A DNA stretch of 63,245 nt, counting the filler, from Craspedostauros australis (taxonomy: Eukaryota), in the NCBI GenBank assembly GCA_030167865.1. It is 17 parts of 17 records of this genome, joined end to end, with 100 filler letters (N's around TTAATTAATTAA, not from the genome) between each part and the next. Parts side by side here need not be neighbours in the genome. Positions count along the whole stretch, not along the records: positions 1 to 2,767 come from JALAGF010003753.1; positions 2,868 to 4,297 come from JALAGF010003754.1; positions 4,398 to 7,989 come from JALAGF010003755.1; positions 8,090 to 23,670 come from JALAGF010003756.1; 13 more parts are not named here. One strand, 5' to 3'. A program made the position numbers and the translations under genes. Below, one piece after another: positions 1 through 12,096 of the stretch. Under the pieces are notes generated by a model. The model did no database searches. It saw only the letters and a program-made list of their open reading frames with translations, and was not told where the DNA came from. Every line of letters begins with the position of its first letter. The first letter of the stretch is position 1.

Positions 1-248
1 GTCCACATCTCCAACACAGAGAGGCCCTCTTCAACATTGGTTGTTGTTCCCGTCCCGTTCCGCAATCGGGCAACGTACCATACTGCGAGTACAAACGACA
101 CACGCAGAGTAGAGTACTATCATATTCTATAGCACTATTCAAAGGTGCACTTTGCCATGCTCGTACTCACATGCGAGTACCATTGTGCATTCGCACCAAC
201 GACGAGCATCATCACAACCAAAGAGACGCAATTCCAAGCAACGCAAAG

Positions 249-737
249 ATGGCACGAACGCGCCATTCGTATTCTCTGTTCGCCGTCATCGCGGTGATGA
301 TCACTGCGATGTCCCACTGCGGATGCCACGCTCGTCCATCCTCGGTTCATTCGCTTCCTTCAGAAGCCTCGCATGGCGCATTCCATCTCCACAAGGATCG
401 GCCATCTGCGTTCGTTGCCAAATCATCGATGAGCACAATGCCACTGCAGATCCGCGGCGGCAGCCTCGCCGACTGGATCATCCCGGCTGGCTGCAATCCG
501 CTTGGCTACAAGATGACGGCGCTGGGCGAGCAGTTCCTGCGGTACGAAGGTTCGATGGATTGTGACGTTGGACGGTTTCTCAAATCCTTCTCAAGCACCC
601 ACTACAAAACCAAGTCCACCCTCAAGGGCGCGTGGATAGAGGTGGTCAAGATATCCAAAGCGGGCCAATCGATGCGCATCTATAGGCAGCTGAATGAACT
701 GATTCAATTCCTGTTGAATGCGGGGATGATTCGGTGA
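249..737 (+). CDS. Hypothetical protein with N-terminal signal-peptide-like segment (162 aa from ATG249; upstream ATG171 possible)
   Basis: Hydrophobic N-terminus (YSLFAVIAVMITAM), an IRGG motif, then a globular C-terminal part. Frame and length are conserved in the diverged copy at 5590-6078. Confidence 0.65.
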   Translation: MARTRHSYSLFAVIAVMITAMSHCGCHARPSSVHSLPSEASHGAFHLHKDRPSAFVAKSSMSTMPLQIRGGSLADWIIPAGCNPLGYKMTALGEQFLRYEGSMDCDVGRFLKSFSSTHYKTKSTLKGAWIEVVKISKAGQSMRIYRQLNELIQFLLNAGMIR

Positions 738-1086
738 AAACCAGCAGTGGCCACACATATACACAGCGCGATGATCCGTTCCATCACGTGGAGCAAGAAC
801 AGAATGGAGTCAAACAACCACGCATGTATGCATGCTCGTACGCTACAATTAACTGCACGGATGCGCATCATTTCATGTGTCAACGATCACATTTGTCTCA
901 TTGGTTGATGCTCGATTGTCGCTTCGAGCTTGCGTGAGTCTTTCAGAACTGTACCATACACCAAACATCCAACAGAATGGGGACCGTTTGAACAGCGCCA
1001 GATCATTCTGCCGATCCATTCCCGGTGTTGTTTCCTCCAACGCAATACTCTTGCGCTGATCCATCGCATCTCCCTCCAACATTCGA

Positions 1087-1671
1087 TCATTCCTCTCGTC
1101 GGTCAACTTTGGTGATGCTGTCTTCTATCTCTTTCGTCAACAACTGTCCAGTCCACGACCGATACGTCGCATCCATGAAATGGTCAACGACGGTGTCAAT
1201 CGGATGAATGATGAAAGGAATGCTGGCCAACCCCACGAACGTCGGCATCCACTTGGCTGCCATGGCAGGGACCGCCATCGGCGTCCGCGCCAAGGCAAAC
1301 CGCGACGACCGCACGATGAGATTGATCGTCATGCCCGGAATTCCCACACTGGCCAGCGATTGCCACAGCATCACGTCCATCGTCGACACGGCTGTTGGCA
1401 CGGTTTTCTGCGTCGTATTGTACGTGTCGTACCCCGTCGTGCAGGTGTCGGCGAAGCAATATCCGAAGGCCAAGACGTAACTGGGCATCACCCAACGCGG
1501 GTATTGGTAACGGAAGGATTCGCCGACTTCATTGGCGTATCCCAAGTATCGCAGCGGCGAGTCGCGGAAGATGTTGTGCGGCGGCAGCGTGCTGTCACCG
1601 TCTTTGGAGGCCTTCGGTGGTGCGCTTGATGATAACGATGATGATGACGGTGATGACGATGATGCTGCCAT
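1087..1671 (-). CDS. MTFP1: Mitochondrial fission process protein 1 (MTP18 family); in-frame upstream ATG at 1740
   Basis: Family motifs IFRDSPLRYLGYANEVGESFR, DVMLWQSLASVGIPGMTIN and GLASIPFIIHPID. Confidence 0.9.
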   Translation of the reverse strand: MAASSSSPSSSSLSSSAPPKASKDGDSTLPPHNIFRDSPLRYLGYANEVGESFRYQYPRWVMPSYVLAFGYCFADTCTTGYDTYNTTQKTVPTAVSTMDVMLWQSLASVGIPGMTINLIVRSSRFALARTPMAVPAMAAKWMPTFVGLASIPFIIHPIDTVVDHFMDATYRSWTGQLLTKEIEDSITKVDRREE

Positions 1672-2767
1672 GGTGATGTGTCTCTTGAGCTGGCTGCTCT
1701 CTCTGTCTCTATTCGTGGAGAGATCGTCCTTCTCCTTCATTGTGGGCTGCCTGGATTGGTTCTATTTGTCCGCGACAATTCTGCAGATCGCTCTCCTCAA
1801 CGGTGCGAGTTGCAATTCTCCAAGTTCTCTGATCGGCCAAGCGCAGGGGGCAGGAGTGTTGCTCGTTGGTGGGGTCGATGATCGTGGATGTAGATCGTAT
1901 CATACGTACGGTGTACTCTCCATGCGCATTGCTTCGGCTTTGTCTGTGATGGTCATTGGGCTGCGTCTCCTTTTCCTCATCACTCGCGTGTTTCTCACAC
2001 GTTTCCCATCGTGGAAGATTGACACTTTTGGTTCTGCGTTTGTCCACGGAATTTCGTCAGAATGACATCTTGAAACGACTCAACTCTGCCGAGCACTCAG
2101 GACTCGAATGTGGATAGACTTGCATCCAAGACTAGAAACGTGCTCACTATCGGTTTCGCAGTCATCCGCCGTTGGCGGTGATCGGCGACAGCAGGAGTGC
2201 GAGCATAGCTAGTACACGCTGCAACTTACGAGTTTCACGTACCATATCATTCAAATCTACGCGCAATACGAGGAGAATACAACAGATGAAATAGGCCGAG
2301 GTCTACCAGTGCGAGTATGTGTGGTACATATGGTAGGCACACGACTCTTCACACTATCGCCCGAAGATACATATCTTGGTTGGCAGGCAGTGGAGGGAAG
2401 GGAATATAGTGTGATATAATAGATTCGACAGTTTGCATGAGAAATGCAGACGGAGAAGCAGGCTCTTGAAGAGAGTACTCTGGAATAGAGTAGGGAAGAG
2501 GAGAGGAGAGTCCTGTACTTCATTTCATTTTCTTGAAAGTTGGGCCGCTCGATGATCAGAGCACATGGACTGAATCAACGATCAAAACTACTTCCGCTCT
2601 CTTGAGAGAGGTGGTCGACTGGAGTAGACTACCGGTAACACATGACACTCTTGGTGAACTGAAGTACTCTGCGACTACTCTTCTCTGCTCTGCTTTGGGC
2701 CGCCCTCTTTGGACACAGCATCGCCAAGGCATCGTCGGTGATTGATAGACAGACAGACAGACAGACA

Positions 2768-2867
2768 NNNNNNNNNNNNNNNNNNNNNNNNNNNNNNNNN
2801 NNNNNNNNNNNTTAATTAATTAANNNNNNNNNNNNNNNNNNNNNNNNNNNNNNNNNNNNNNNNNNNN
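2768..2867. other. Artificial contig spacer (N44-TTAATTAATTAA-N44). The same spacer recurs at 4298, 7990, 23671, 27415, 32043, 36668, 40895, 43563, 45493, 47289, 49427, 51562, 54663, 57063 and 61406
   Basis: Identical 100-nt linker with a six-frame stop core repeated throughout, so adjacency across linkers has no biological meaning. N runs at 46132-46211 and about 54479-54526 lack the core and are true intra-scaffold gaps. Confidence 0.98.
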
Positions 2868-4166
2868 TTTGCCTTGGCGCGGACGCCGATGGCGGTCCCT
2901 GCCATGGCAGCCAAGTGGATGCCGACGTTCGTGGGGTTGGCCAGCATTCCTTTCATCATTCATCCGATTGACACCGTCGTTGACCATTTCATGGATGCGA
3001 CGTATCGGTCGTGGACTGGACAGTTGTTGACGAAAGAGATAGAAGACAGCATCACCAAAGTTGACCGACGAGAGGAATGATCGAATGTTGGAGGGAGATG
3101 CGATGGATCAGCGCAAGAGTATTGCGTTGGAGGAAACAACACCGGGAATGGATCGGCAGAATGATCTGGCGCTGTTCAAACGGTCCCCATTCTGTTGGAT
3201 GTTTGGTGTATGGTACAGTTCTGAAAGACTCACGCAAGCTCGAAGCGACAATCGAGCATCAACCAATGAGACAAATGTGATCGTTGACACATGAAATGAT
3301 GCGCATCCGTGCAGTTAATTGTAGCGTACGAGCATGCATACATGCGTGGTTGTTTGACTCCATTCTGTTCTTGCTCCACGTGATGGAACGGATCATCGCG
3401 CTGTGTATATGTGTGGCCACTGCTGGTTTTCACCGAATCATCCCCGCATTCAACAGGAATTGAATCAGTTCATTCAGCTGCCTATAGATGCGCATCGATT
3501 GGCCCGCTTTGGATATCTTGACCACCTCTATCCACGCGCCCTTGAGGGTGGACTTGGTTTTGTAGTGGGTGCTTGAGAAGGATTTGAGAAACCGTCCAAC
3601 GTCACAATCCATCGAACCTTCGTACCGCAGGAACTGCTCGCCCAGCGCCGTCATCTTGTAGCCAAGCGGATTGCAGCCAGCCGGGATGATCCAGTCGGCG
3701 AGGCTGCCGCCGCGGATCTGCAGTGGCATTGTGCTCATCGATGATTTGGCAACGAACGCAGATGGCCGATCCTTGTGGAGATGGAATGCGCCATGCGAGG
3801 CTTCTGAAGGAAGCGAATGAACCGAGGATGGACGAGCGTGGCATCCGCAGTGGGACATCGCAGTGATCATCACCGCGATGACGGCGAACAGAGAATACGA
3901 ATGGCGCGTTCGTGCCATCTTTGCGTTGCTTGGAATTGCGTCTCTTTGGTTGTGATGATGCTCGTCGTTGGTGCGAATGCACAATGGTACTCGCATGTGA
4001 GTACGAGCATGGCAAAGTGCACCTTTGAATAGTGCTATAGAATATGATAGTACTCTACTCTGCGTGTGTCGTTTGTACTCGCAGTATGGTACGTTGCCCG
4101 ATTGCGGAACGGGACGGGAACAACAACCAATGTTGAAGAGGGCCTCTCTGTGTTGGAGATGTGGAC
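2868..4166 (-). repeat. Redundant contig: reverse complement of 1-1299 (MTFP1 3' part at 2868-3080 +, hypothetical CDS at 3430-3918 -)
   Basis: ORF translations are identical to those in 1-1299, coordinates mirror (sum 4167), and the contig is bounded by spacers. Confidence 0.93.
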
Positions 4167-4397
4167 AACAAGGAAGTTACCAACGCCAAAAATGAGGGAT
4201 GCGGATCCAATGCGCGTGACCGTTTCGATGGTTTGGACTTTTAGTCCATTGAATCAATCGCCGTGTCTCTCTCTCTGATGGATCCGTTGATTGATTGNNN
4301 NNNNNNNNNNNNNNNNNNNNNNNNNNNNNNNNNNNNNNNNNTTAATTAATTAANNNNNNNNNNNNNNNNNNNNNNNNNNNNNNNNNNNNNNNNNNNN

Positions 4398-4607
4398 GAA
4401 TCCTGCTTCGATGGCCATGTCCCAGTGTTTCATCTGCTTGGGTGTGACACTGTAGCAGTCGATCTGCCGTCTTGGATGACTCTGCACATTGAACACAGTC
4501 TTCGATGACAGCTCTTTTCCATGGAGCTGTTTCCAGAAAGTCTTGAAGTCTGGATCATGATGGCTGTTGGTATTGGTGTTGGCAACAGCATCCATGTTGT
4601 GGTTCAT
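4398..4607 (-). CDS. 5' part of an unknown protein, truncated by the contig end
   Basis: Open frame MNHNMDAVANT...DFKTFWKQLHGKELSS...WDMAIEAGF running into the spacer; no family recognised. Confidence 0.35.
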
Positions 4608-5589
4608 CCTTTTCTTGTTGTCACTGTTGTCGCTGTTGTCGCTGTTGGTGGTCGTCCCTGTTGGTGGTCGTTGGTGGTACAATCGTACGAGTAGAGCTGG
4701 TAGAGTATGTGGTCCCAAATCAGTTGCGCTTGGATGGCGATTGTGAGCTCATCTGCTCAAGTTTGCTGTCCTCCATCTCATGATCCTGTGCATTGATCAC
4801 GAAGCAACGTGCCATCAGTGAACACGCCTGGATGGACTTGCGCAGTTCCACCACGGTGTATGGTATGGTATGGTGTGGTGTAGTGTGGTAGTAGTATGGT
4901 ATGATACGACCGTGGACAGCCCATCATGATCCGAAGCTGACTAGCTCGTTCGCTCGCTCGCTTGCACGATACGACCTTCGATGATGCCCAACTTGTCCAC
5001 GCTGTGCAGTTGTGCCTCTTCATGTGATACCATCGGTCGTGTAATATGAGTACATCCCTCTGTGATGGTCTTGGGGGAGTCAACCACGATACTACACATA
5101 CTCCGATCGATGCAGCCTCAGCGCTTCGAGTGGTGTGTTGTGATGTGTACGTGAAGGCTGGAACCTTGCTGATCGGGGTGACACGATACGCGTAGGAACA
5201 CGCCACGTTTCGGCGTTTGGACGTCACCAAAAAATCAATCAACAGATCCGTCGGAGGGAGAGACATCAATTGATTCGATGGACTAAAAGTCCAAAGGATC
5301 ACAACAGGTGCGTGCCTCATTTGTTGCGTTGGTATCTTCCTTGTTGTGCACATCTCTGCTCAACACAGAGAGAGGCCATCTTCACTGTTGGCTGCTGTTC
5401 CCGTCCCGTTCCGCAATCGGACAACGCGCTGCGAGTACAAACGACACGCGGAGAGTAGAGTACTATTCTATAATACTATTCAAGGGTGCACTCTGCCATA
5501 CTCGTACTCACATTCGAGTACCATTGTGCATTCGCACCAACGACGAACATCATCACAACCAAAGAGACGCAATTCCAAGCAACGCAAAG

Positions 5590-6078
5590 ATGGCACGAAC
5601 GCTCCATTCGTATTCTCTGTTCGCCGTCATCGCGGTGATGATTACTGCGATGTCCCACTGCGGATACCACGCTCGTCCATCCTCGGTTCATTCGCTTCCT
5701 TCAGAAGCCTCGCATGGCGCATTCCATCTCCACAATGATCGGCCATCCGCGTTCGTCGCCAAATCATCGATGATCACAATGCCACTGCAGATCCGCGGCG
5801 GCAGCCTTGCCGACTGGATCATCCCGGCTGGCTACAATCCATTTGGCTACAAGATGACGGCGCTGGGCGAGCAGTTCCTGCGGTACGAAGGTTCGATGGA
5901 TTGTGACATTGGACGGTTTCTCAAATCCTTCTCAAGCACCCACTACAAGACCAAGTCCACCCTCAAGGGCGCGTGGATGGAGGTAGTCAAGATATCCAAA
6001 TCGGGCCAATCGATGCGCATCTATAGGCAGCTGGATGAACTGATTCAATTCCTGTTGGATGCGGGGATGATTCGGTGA
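5590..6078 (+). CDS. Paralog or diverged allele of the 249-737 hypothetical protein
   Basis: Same length with scattered, mostly conservative substitutions (e.g. GCNPLG to GYNPFG). Confidence 0.65.
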   Translation: MARTLHSYSLFAVIAVMITAMSHCGYHARPSSVHSLPSEASHGAFHLHNDRPSAFVAKSSMITMPLQIRGGSLADWIIPAGYNPFGYKMTALGEQFLRYEGSMDCDIGRFLKSFSSTHYKTKSTLKGAWMEVVKISKSGQSMRIYRQLDELIQFLLDAGMIR

Positions 6079-6404
6079 AAACCAGCAGTGGCCACACATA
6101 CACACAGCGCGATGATCCGTTCCACCACGTCGAGCAAGAACAGAATGGAGTCAAACAACCACGCATGTATGCATGCTCGTACGCTACAATTAACTGCGCG
6201 GACGCGCATCATTTCATGTGTCAACGATCACATTTGTCCCAATGGTTAGTGCTCGATTGTCGCTTTGAGCTTGCGTGAGTCTTTCAGAACTGTACCATAC
6301 ACCAAACATCCAACAGAACGGAGACCGTTCGAACAGCGCCACGTCATTCTGCTGACCCATTGCCGGTGTCGTTTCCTCCAACGCAATACTCTTGTGCTGA
6401 TCCA

Positions 6405-7013
6405 TCACACCTCCCTCCAACATTCGATCATTCCTCTCGTCGGTCGACTTTGGTGGTCTCTTTCTTCTATCTCTTTCGTCAACAACTGTCCAGTCCACGA
6501 CCGAAACGTCCCATCCATGAAATGGTCGACGACAGTGTCAATCGGATGAATGATGAAACGAATGTTGGCCAACCCCACGAACGTCGGCATCCACTTGGCT
6601 GCCATGGCAGGCACCGCCATCGGCGTCCGCGCCAAGGAAAACCGCGACGACCGCACGATGAGATTGATCGTCATGCCCGGAATTCCCACACTGGCCAGCG
6701 ATTGCCACAGCATCACGTCCATCGTCGACACGGCTGTCGGCACGGTTTTCTGCGTCGCATTGTACGTGTCGTACCCCGTCGTGCAGGCGACCGCGAGGCA
6801 ATATCCGAAGGCCAAGACGTAGCTGGGCATCACCCAACGCGGGTATTGGTAACGGAAGGATTCGCCGACTTCATTGGCGTATCCCAAGTATCGCAGCGGC
6901 GAGTCGCGGAAGATGTTATGCGGCAGCAGCGTGCTGTCACCGTCTTTGGGGGTCTTCGGTGGTGCGCTTGATGATAACGATGATGGTGACAATGATGACG
7001 ATGATGCTGTCAT
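6405..7013 (-). CDS. MTFP1: Second MTFP1/MTP18 copy with frameshifted C-terminus (possibly decaying)
   Basis: Same motifs as 1087-1671, but the C-terminus EDSITKVDRREE is replaced by EERDHQSRPTRGMIECWREV after an indel near 6455. Confidence 0.75.
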   Translation of the reverse strand: MTASSSSLSPSSLSSSAPPKTPKDGDSTLLPHNIFRDSPLRYLGYANEVGESFRYQYPRWVMPSYVLAFGYCLAVACTTGYDTYNATQKTVPTAVSTMDVMLWQSLASVGIPGMTINLIVRSSRFSLARTPMAVPAMAAKWMPTFVGLANIRFIIHPIDTVVDHFMDGTFRSWTGQLLTKEIEERDHQSRPTRGMIECWREV

Positions 7014-8983
7014 GGTGATGTGTCTCTTGAGCTGGCTGCTCTCTGTCTCTACTCGTGGAGAGATCGTTCTTCTCCTCGATTGTGAGATGCCTTGATTGGA
7101 TCTCTATTGTCCGCGACAATTCTGCAGATCGTTCTCTTCAACGGTGCGGATTGCAATTCTCCAAGTTCTCTGATCGGCCAAGCGCAGGGGGCAGGAGTAT
7201 TGCTTGTTGGGAGCGTCGATGATCGTGGGTGCAGATCGTATTATTCGTACGGTGTACTCTCCGTGTGCATTGCTTTGGCTTTGTCTGTGATGGTCATTGA
7301 CCAAACTTGTCAACGAAATTGGGGATCCGAGTGGTCAAATATCATTCCGACCTCCGCGGGAGCACTAAACACAAGCATACCACCATACCATCGCACTCAA
7401 ACACAATATAGACCATATGGTCGTGACCGTCTTGGAGAGAGGATTGCCGTTCGTCTACCAAGAGGGCAGCAGTCACGGAGACTTGGTCTGTGATGCAGGG
7501 ATGGGGTTCGCCGCAGCAGACGATGGGCTGTTGGCAGCGATCGATGTCGTGGCGCGAGATTTGGGAACGTACGCGCGTGCCATTGATGTCCCATCTATTG
7601 AGGCTGTGTCCAAGACGTATCTGGCGTTGATGCGGTGGTGCTTCCATTTGAAAGGGTTGTTGTTTTAAGTCGCAATAGTTCTATTGGCCACCTGGATTGG
7701 TTGGTTGGTCGGTTGGCTAATTGATTGATTGATCGATCGGAAACTGGCACTTGACCGTACCGTCAGTTGATGGCCATGAAGACATCTCTATGGCATTGTA
7801 CATACATTAAAACTGTGAAACACAGAGTACTCGTGGTGCTTTTGATTGGTAGTAGGTATATTCATCATCAATGAGTCTATGTTATGCACCTACACCCCAT
7901 GCTCCTGCTGCCAAGTCGAAAGGAAATCAGCGATCTCATTGTGACCAAGATCTGCAGCAAGACGAGCAGGTGTGCAATTGTGGCATAGCNNNNNNNNNNN
8001 NNNNNNNNNNNNNNNNNNNNNNNNNNNNNNNNNTTAATTAATTAANNNNNNNNNNNNNNNNNNNNNNNNNNNNNNNNNNNNNNNNNNNNGGAAGCATGTT
8101 GCGGTTCGGTACCAATACATGCACGTACATGCTTCAAATGGCATCAGATTTGCGTCGTTGCCACTCGCCGGAACAAAATGTGACCAAGTGCAGAATTGAT
8201 GGTCTGTGGGTTACGGTACGTCACTACTGTGCGCGGAATTATGACGCAGGGCGGCCGCGATTGATTTTTGTTCTCGTCTTTCGCTTTATTCGCACAATGC
8301 TCCTGACTGACATGCCAAGATCACGGTGCTTCGCAATTTGTTTTCGCACACACAAGCTATGAAGGTCTCACCAACGCCCACAATTGCATCTCTCCAAATC
8401 ATGGCACAGCTATACTACCATAAATACACCACCGAAATGGATTTCGCTCTTGTCCTCCCAAGCAGTTTGTGTCCACCAGCCGGTGTGGATTGAATCTGAT
8501 GGCACGAAAGCAGCCCAGGGCAGGTTGGTATCGCGAAGTCTCTTCGGGCTGGGAGAGATGAAGAGCGTACGGGAATTTTGATTCGAGACAAGCAGCGCAA
8601 TGCAATCAGCTCCAAGAAGAATTGCGAGGGCGACGACGATCGTTCAAAAATGCAACTATCAACTAATTCTAGGATCCTCAGCTTTCGCGATACACCTCGC
8701 CCATCTTTATTCTGTCTCGCTCATCGCGGAGTAGTCGTCGCAAAGGCGATTATGGGCATGGCGTATGCGCGCACACCACGTCTCCTGCGGAAGAGAGCAC
8801 AGAGTATGCGAAATCAACTTCCGTTGCAATCCGCCGTCATGCGAGATCATGAATTCCAGCACTGGGTACGAGCATGTTGCCTTGGCTTTGTTTGTGACTG
8901 GTACTACTATAATGTGAATGCTGTAGATTCTCTTGCACCAATCTGCGATGGCTTTCTCTCATCAATCCAATTGGGGGAGTGCA

Positions 8984-10213
8984 CTAATAAATGCCCGTCG
9001 ACTGTCCCCACTCTGTTGATGCAATGTAGTTCTCCAATTCACCGCCCAAGTACACCGACGCGGCACTCACCAAGAGCACAGCCCACAGCGGTGCCGACTT
9101 CGTTGTCTTGTTCACACTCAAAGCGAATGGAACCGTGTACGAAAAGAAACCGAAGCATGAGGTCATCAGATGCAAGGCCTGGATGCCGGTGGACTGGATG
9201 CGGGATGCATTTCTCACGATGTTGAATGACTGCACGAAGTACAGCCATGGCCAGTGGCTGCCGAAGGTGCTTCCCACAGCATACGCACCAAGGCCGGATG
9301 CCAATCCTTGGCATGAGAACACGATCGGCTTGATCGATTGGCTCCATCCCAAGGTGACCGGTACCAACGCCACCAGCACCGTCGGGAGGAAGGCCAGTGC
9401 GACTTTCTTGGTGTTTGTTGGCGTGACGGCGGCAGCCAGGCCACTCATGCCGCCGCACAGTCCCAGGCAGAAAACGAAGTTCGTCCATCCCGACGATGAC
9501 TCTGACTTGGGAAGGTACACCCATCCGTCGAATTCGTGACCGACGATCTCGGAGAAGTTGCCGATGATGGTGATGGTTGCACCCAGACCCCAGAAGATGT
9601 CGGACAGCATCTGATCCCGGCTCGTCCAGCTTTCTGACTTTTCCGTCTGCTTCGTATCAGCCTTGCTGCTGCTGCTGTCCTTGGTGACGGTGGCGTCGGC
9701 AGCGTCTCCCTTCTTGAGGGCCATCAAGGCTGGGCGCAGGATGGAGACCATGGAGAGCGGCGTCAGGCTGTTGAAGAGATGGACTGCGCACAATATCGGC
9801 CACAACGGCTTGTTCAGACGTTCGTCGAGTCTGGATTCCATGAGTGGCTCCAGTTGAAAAGAGACGGCGAGTGATGCTAGGAAGCACAAGTCGATGGACT
9901 GGACCCATTCCATGGTGAGAGCGGAGCTTCTGAGGGTCTGCACGGCACCGTAGATGTAGGCGATGGCCATGATGGGCATGGTGACCTTCCAGGAGCGCAG
10001 ACCCTCCAGGTCATTAGGCAGTTCGGCATCGTCGAGGTTGTCGTTCCTCTTTTTGATGGTCCCGATGGCAGCTGCCACCACGACGAGGATGACCGTGTTG
10101 AATGTTGCAGTCGTCGACGTTTGCTGAGCCGGTGGCGGAGATGGTGGCGATGGCGTGGGTGGTGGCGATGGTGCCGATGGTGGCGATGGTGCCAAAGAGG
10201 ATGCTTGCGCCAT
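8984..10213 (-). CDS. Multi-pass membrane protein of unknown function (409 aa, Pro/Ser-rich N-terminus)
   Basis: Long ORF with many hydrophobic segments and coding-like codon usage; duplicated at 23808-24905. Confidence 0.75.
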   Translation of the reverse strand: MAQASSLAPSPPSAPSPPPTPSPPSPPPAQQTSTTATFNTVILVVVAAAIGTIKKRNDNLDDAELPNDLEGLRSWKVTMPIMAIAYIYGAVQTLRSSALTMEWVQSIDLCFLASLAVSFQLEPLMESRLDERLNKPLWPILCAVHLFNSLTPLSMVSILRPALMALKKGDAADATVTKDSSSSKADTKQTEKSESWTSRDQMLSDIFWGLGATITIIGNFSEIVGHEFDGWVYLPKSESSSGWTNFVFCLGLCGGMSGLAAAVTPTNTKKVALAFLPTVLVALVPVTLGWSQSIKPIVFSCQGLASGLGAYAVGSTFGSHWPWLYFVQSFNIVRNASRIQSTGIQALHLMTSCFGFFSYTVPFALSVNKTTKSAPLWAVLLVSAASVYLGGELENYIASTEWGQSTGIY

Positions 10214-11735
10214 GATCGCGGGTCTCTTCTGCTCTCTGCTGGAGATGAGTTGCGTTTGTCACCTTCGATTTGTCGTCTGGTTGTGTCGCCGAACGAGTGA
10301 TTTGCGCTTGTGGTCCAAGACTCAAAGATCGCGGCTGTGTTTTTGATGCGCACGTCCCTCCGCGGTACGAGGGCGAACACCCTGGCCGAGAATGGTTTTC
10401 CGCGCCTGGACGCGCATCTTCATCACGCCGAACTCTCGGACTGTTGCTGCTGCGACCTTCTCTCGTTCGCACTTTTCGCGACATGTCGCTGTCTCCGTCT
10501 TTTCCTTCTGTTCCTTCTTTTGCTTGTGACGCTCGCTGCGGTCATTTGTCACGTGGAAAATGATACTTTTCTGTGTTTGTGCTCAACTGTCCATCCAAAC
10601 AATCAGGGATACATGTGCAACGGTTAAAACAGGGTTACCATGCGAACACGGGCATCGCCCAACCATAGGAGCCCAAGACGTCCTGTGACAGTCCCACACG
10701 ATCCGATATGTCAGGAATCGATGGTGCAACTATGTCGTGGTTTCCTATATTGCCGCACCTCCCATGATACCAACAATAGACTGACCGATCTACCAAAGTC
10801 GGACACACTCCCAAGTTGATTGTGGACCTCCTCCTCTGTGTGTCAAGAGTATGACGGACGACGGACAGACTAACGATGTGACATGTTTTGAGGGGATTGA
10901 CGAACTGGCATGGCAAATGATGGATGCGAAAGGGAGACTGGAACACCCAAGTGTTCCAAGCATGAGGGTTGACCGGTTGACCTGAAACATCTATGCGAAT
11001 GCGCTATCACGGTTGAGTCGCTCGGAACCCAGAACATGATTACGTGACTGACAGAGAACCAGCGAAGGAGAACAAAGCGCGGACTGGAACAACATCGAAG
11101 GACTGGACTAATCGTGCCAGAACTCCATGTTCTGAACCAAGTGTGACCACCAGTGAACATGTGAGAAGAGTGAGTGACCAACACGGAAGAGTGCACTGAA
11201 TAAGTGATGGATGCCTGATGAGAAGAGAGTCAATCGATCATCGGCATGCATGCATCTCAGGAGTGTAGGAGGGCACCTTGATGGACGAGCATGATGAAAT
11301 GCACTTGTCATGAGCAATGAGATGCGAATGAAGGAGAGGGTTTGTCACGATGATTGCAAGGGGAAACTACAGGAGGCCATCAGCATCATGGTGAGCAAAC
11401 GAATTGAGGAGTTGAGAAATGAAGGTGTTGTTCTCACAGTTCTAAAATGGTACAGTTTAATAAGCATTAGACTATATCTATACCCCAGATTTCCAACACC
11501 TTCAGATGCCATATTCCATTGATGATGCAGTGGTCTGGCAAGGGTATTGTCATTTGAGGCTTAGTTGGGAAATACATCGATCCTTGCTTGATGTTATGCG
11601 TTTCTGTCGATTGATGGACGGACTGGATTCCTGATGCTCTCAGAAATGATTGTTCACACATTTCCTTCCAAAATCCTGATTGTGTTGGTGTGTCCGAATT
11701 CGTGATGTGATTTCGATCAATCACAGTTTACTCAC

Positions 11736-12096
11736 TACACAAATATTTGCACCGCTTGCGTGTAGAGAATACGAGAACAATGGGTGAGCGATGCACATAC
11801 ACACATGCACATTCCAACACGCGATGAAGCACTCCGAAGATGTCATCCACATGATGAAAGTGCTGAGGTGCATCGACGAAGAGGCGCTCGCGTATGAACG
11901 ATGTTCGGCGTTCTTCACAAGTCTGGGGGACAATGAGAAGGCCAAGGTGCACCTGGCGGAGTGTGTTCGTCTGTACACAGAATGGGATGCGGACAAGAAG
12001 GTTGAGATGGTACTGGCTGCCAACCGAGTGGCAGAGAGGAAAATGGTTGACTGCAAAGGCGAGTACTCTTGTGAAAATGTATTCAGTACTCCATGA
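11736..12096 (+). pseudogene. Degenerate C-terminal fragment resembling the STAND/AAA ATPase family seen at 27593-31702
   Basis: EEALAYERCSAFF..G...AKVHLAECVRLYTEWDADKKV parallels HEAGLACERFANYL...ATKYMTQACTYYHRWGATAKV. The upstream HKYLHRLRVE-like segment is in another frame. Confidence 0.5.

Noticed and set aside
2812..2823. Recurrent TTAATTAATTAA motif between N runs as a repeat or CRISPR-like array
   Set aside because: Synthetic six-frame stop linker.
1..4166. Apparent 1.3-kb perfect inverted repeat (1-1299 / 2868-4166)
   Set aside because: The arms are on different contigs separated by an artificial spacer; this is redundant assembly, not a real palindrome or TIR element.
4855..4905. 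(TGGTA)n and similar short pentamer runs (also 18950-18980, 31765-31790, 45085-45140)
   Set aside because: Ordinary simple repeats in UTRs and introns with no spacer structure.
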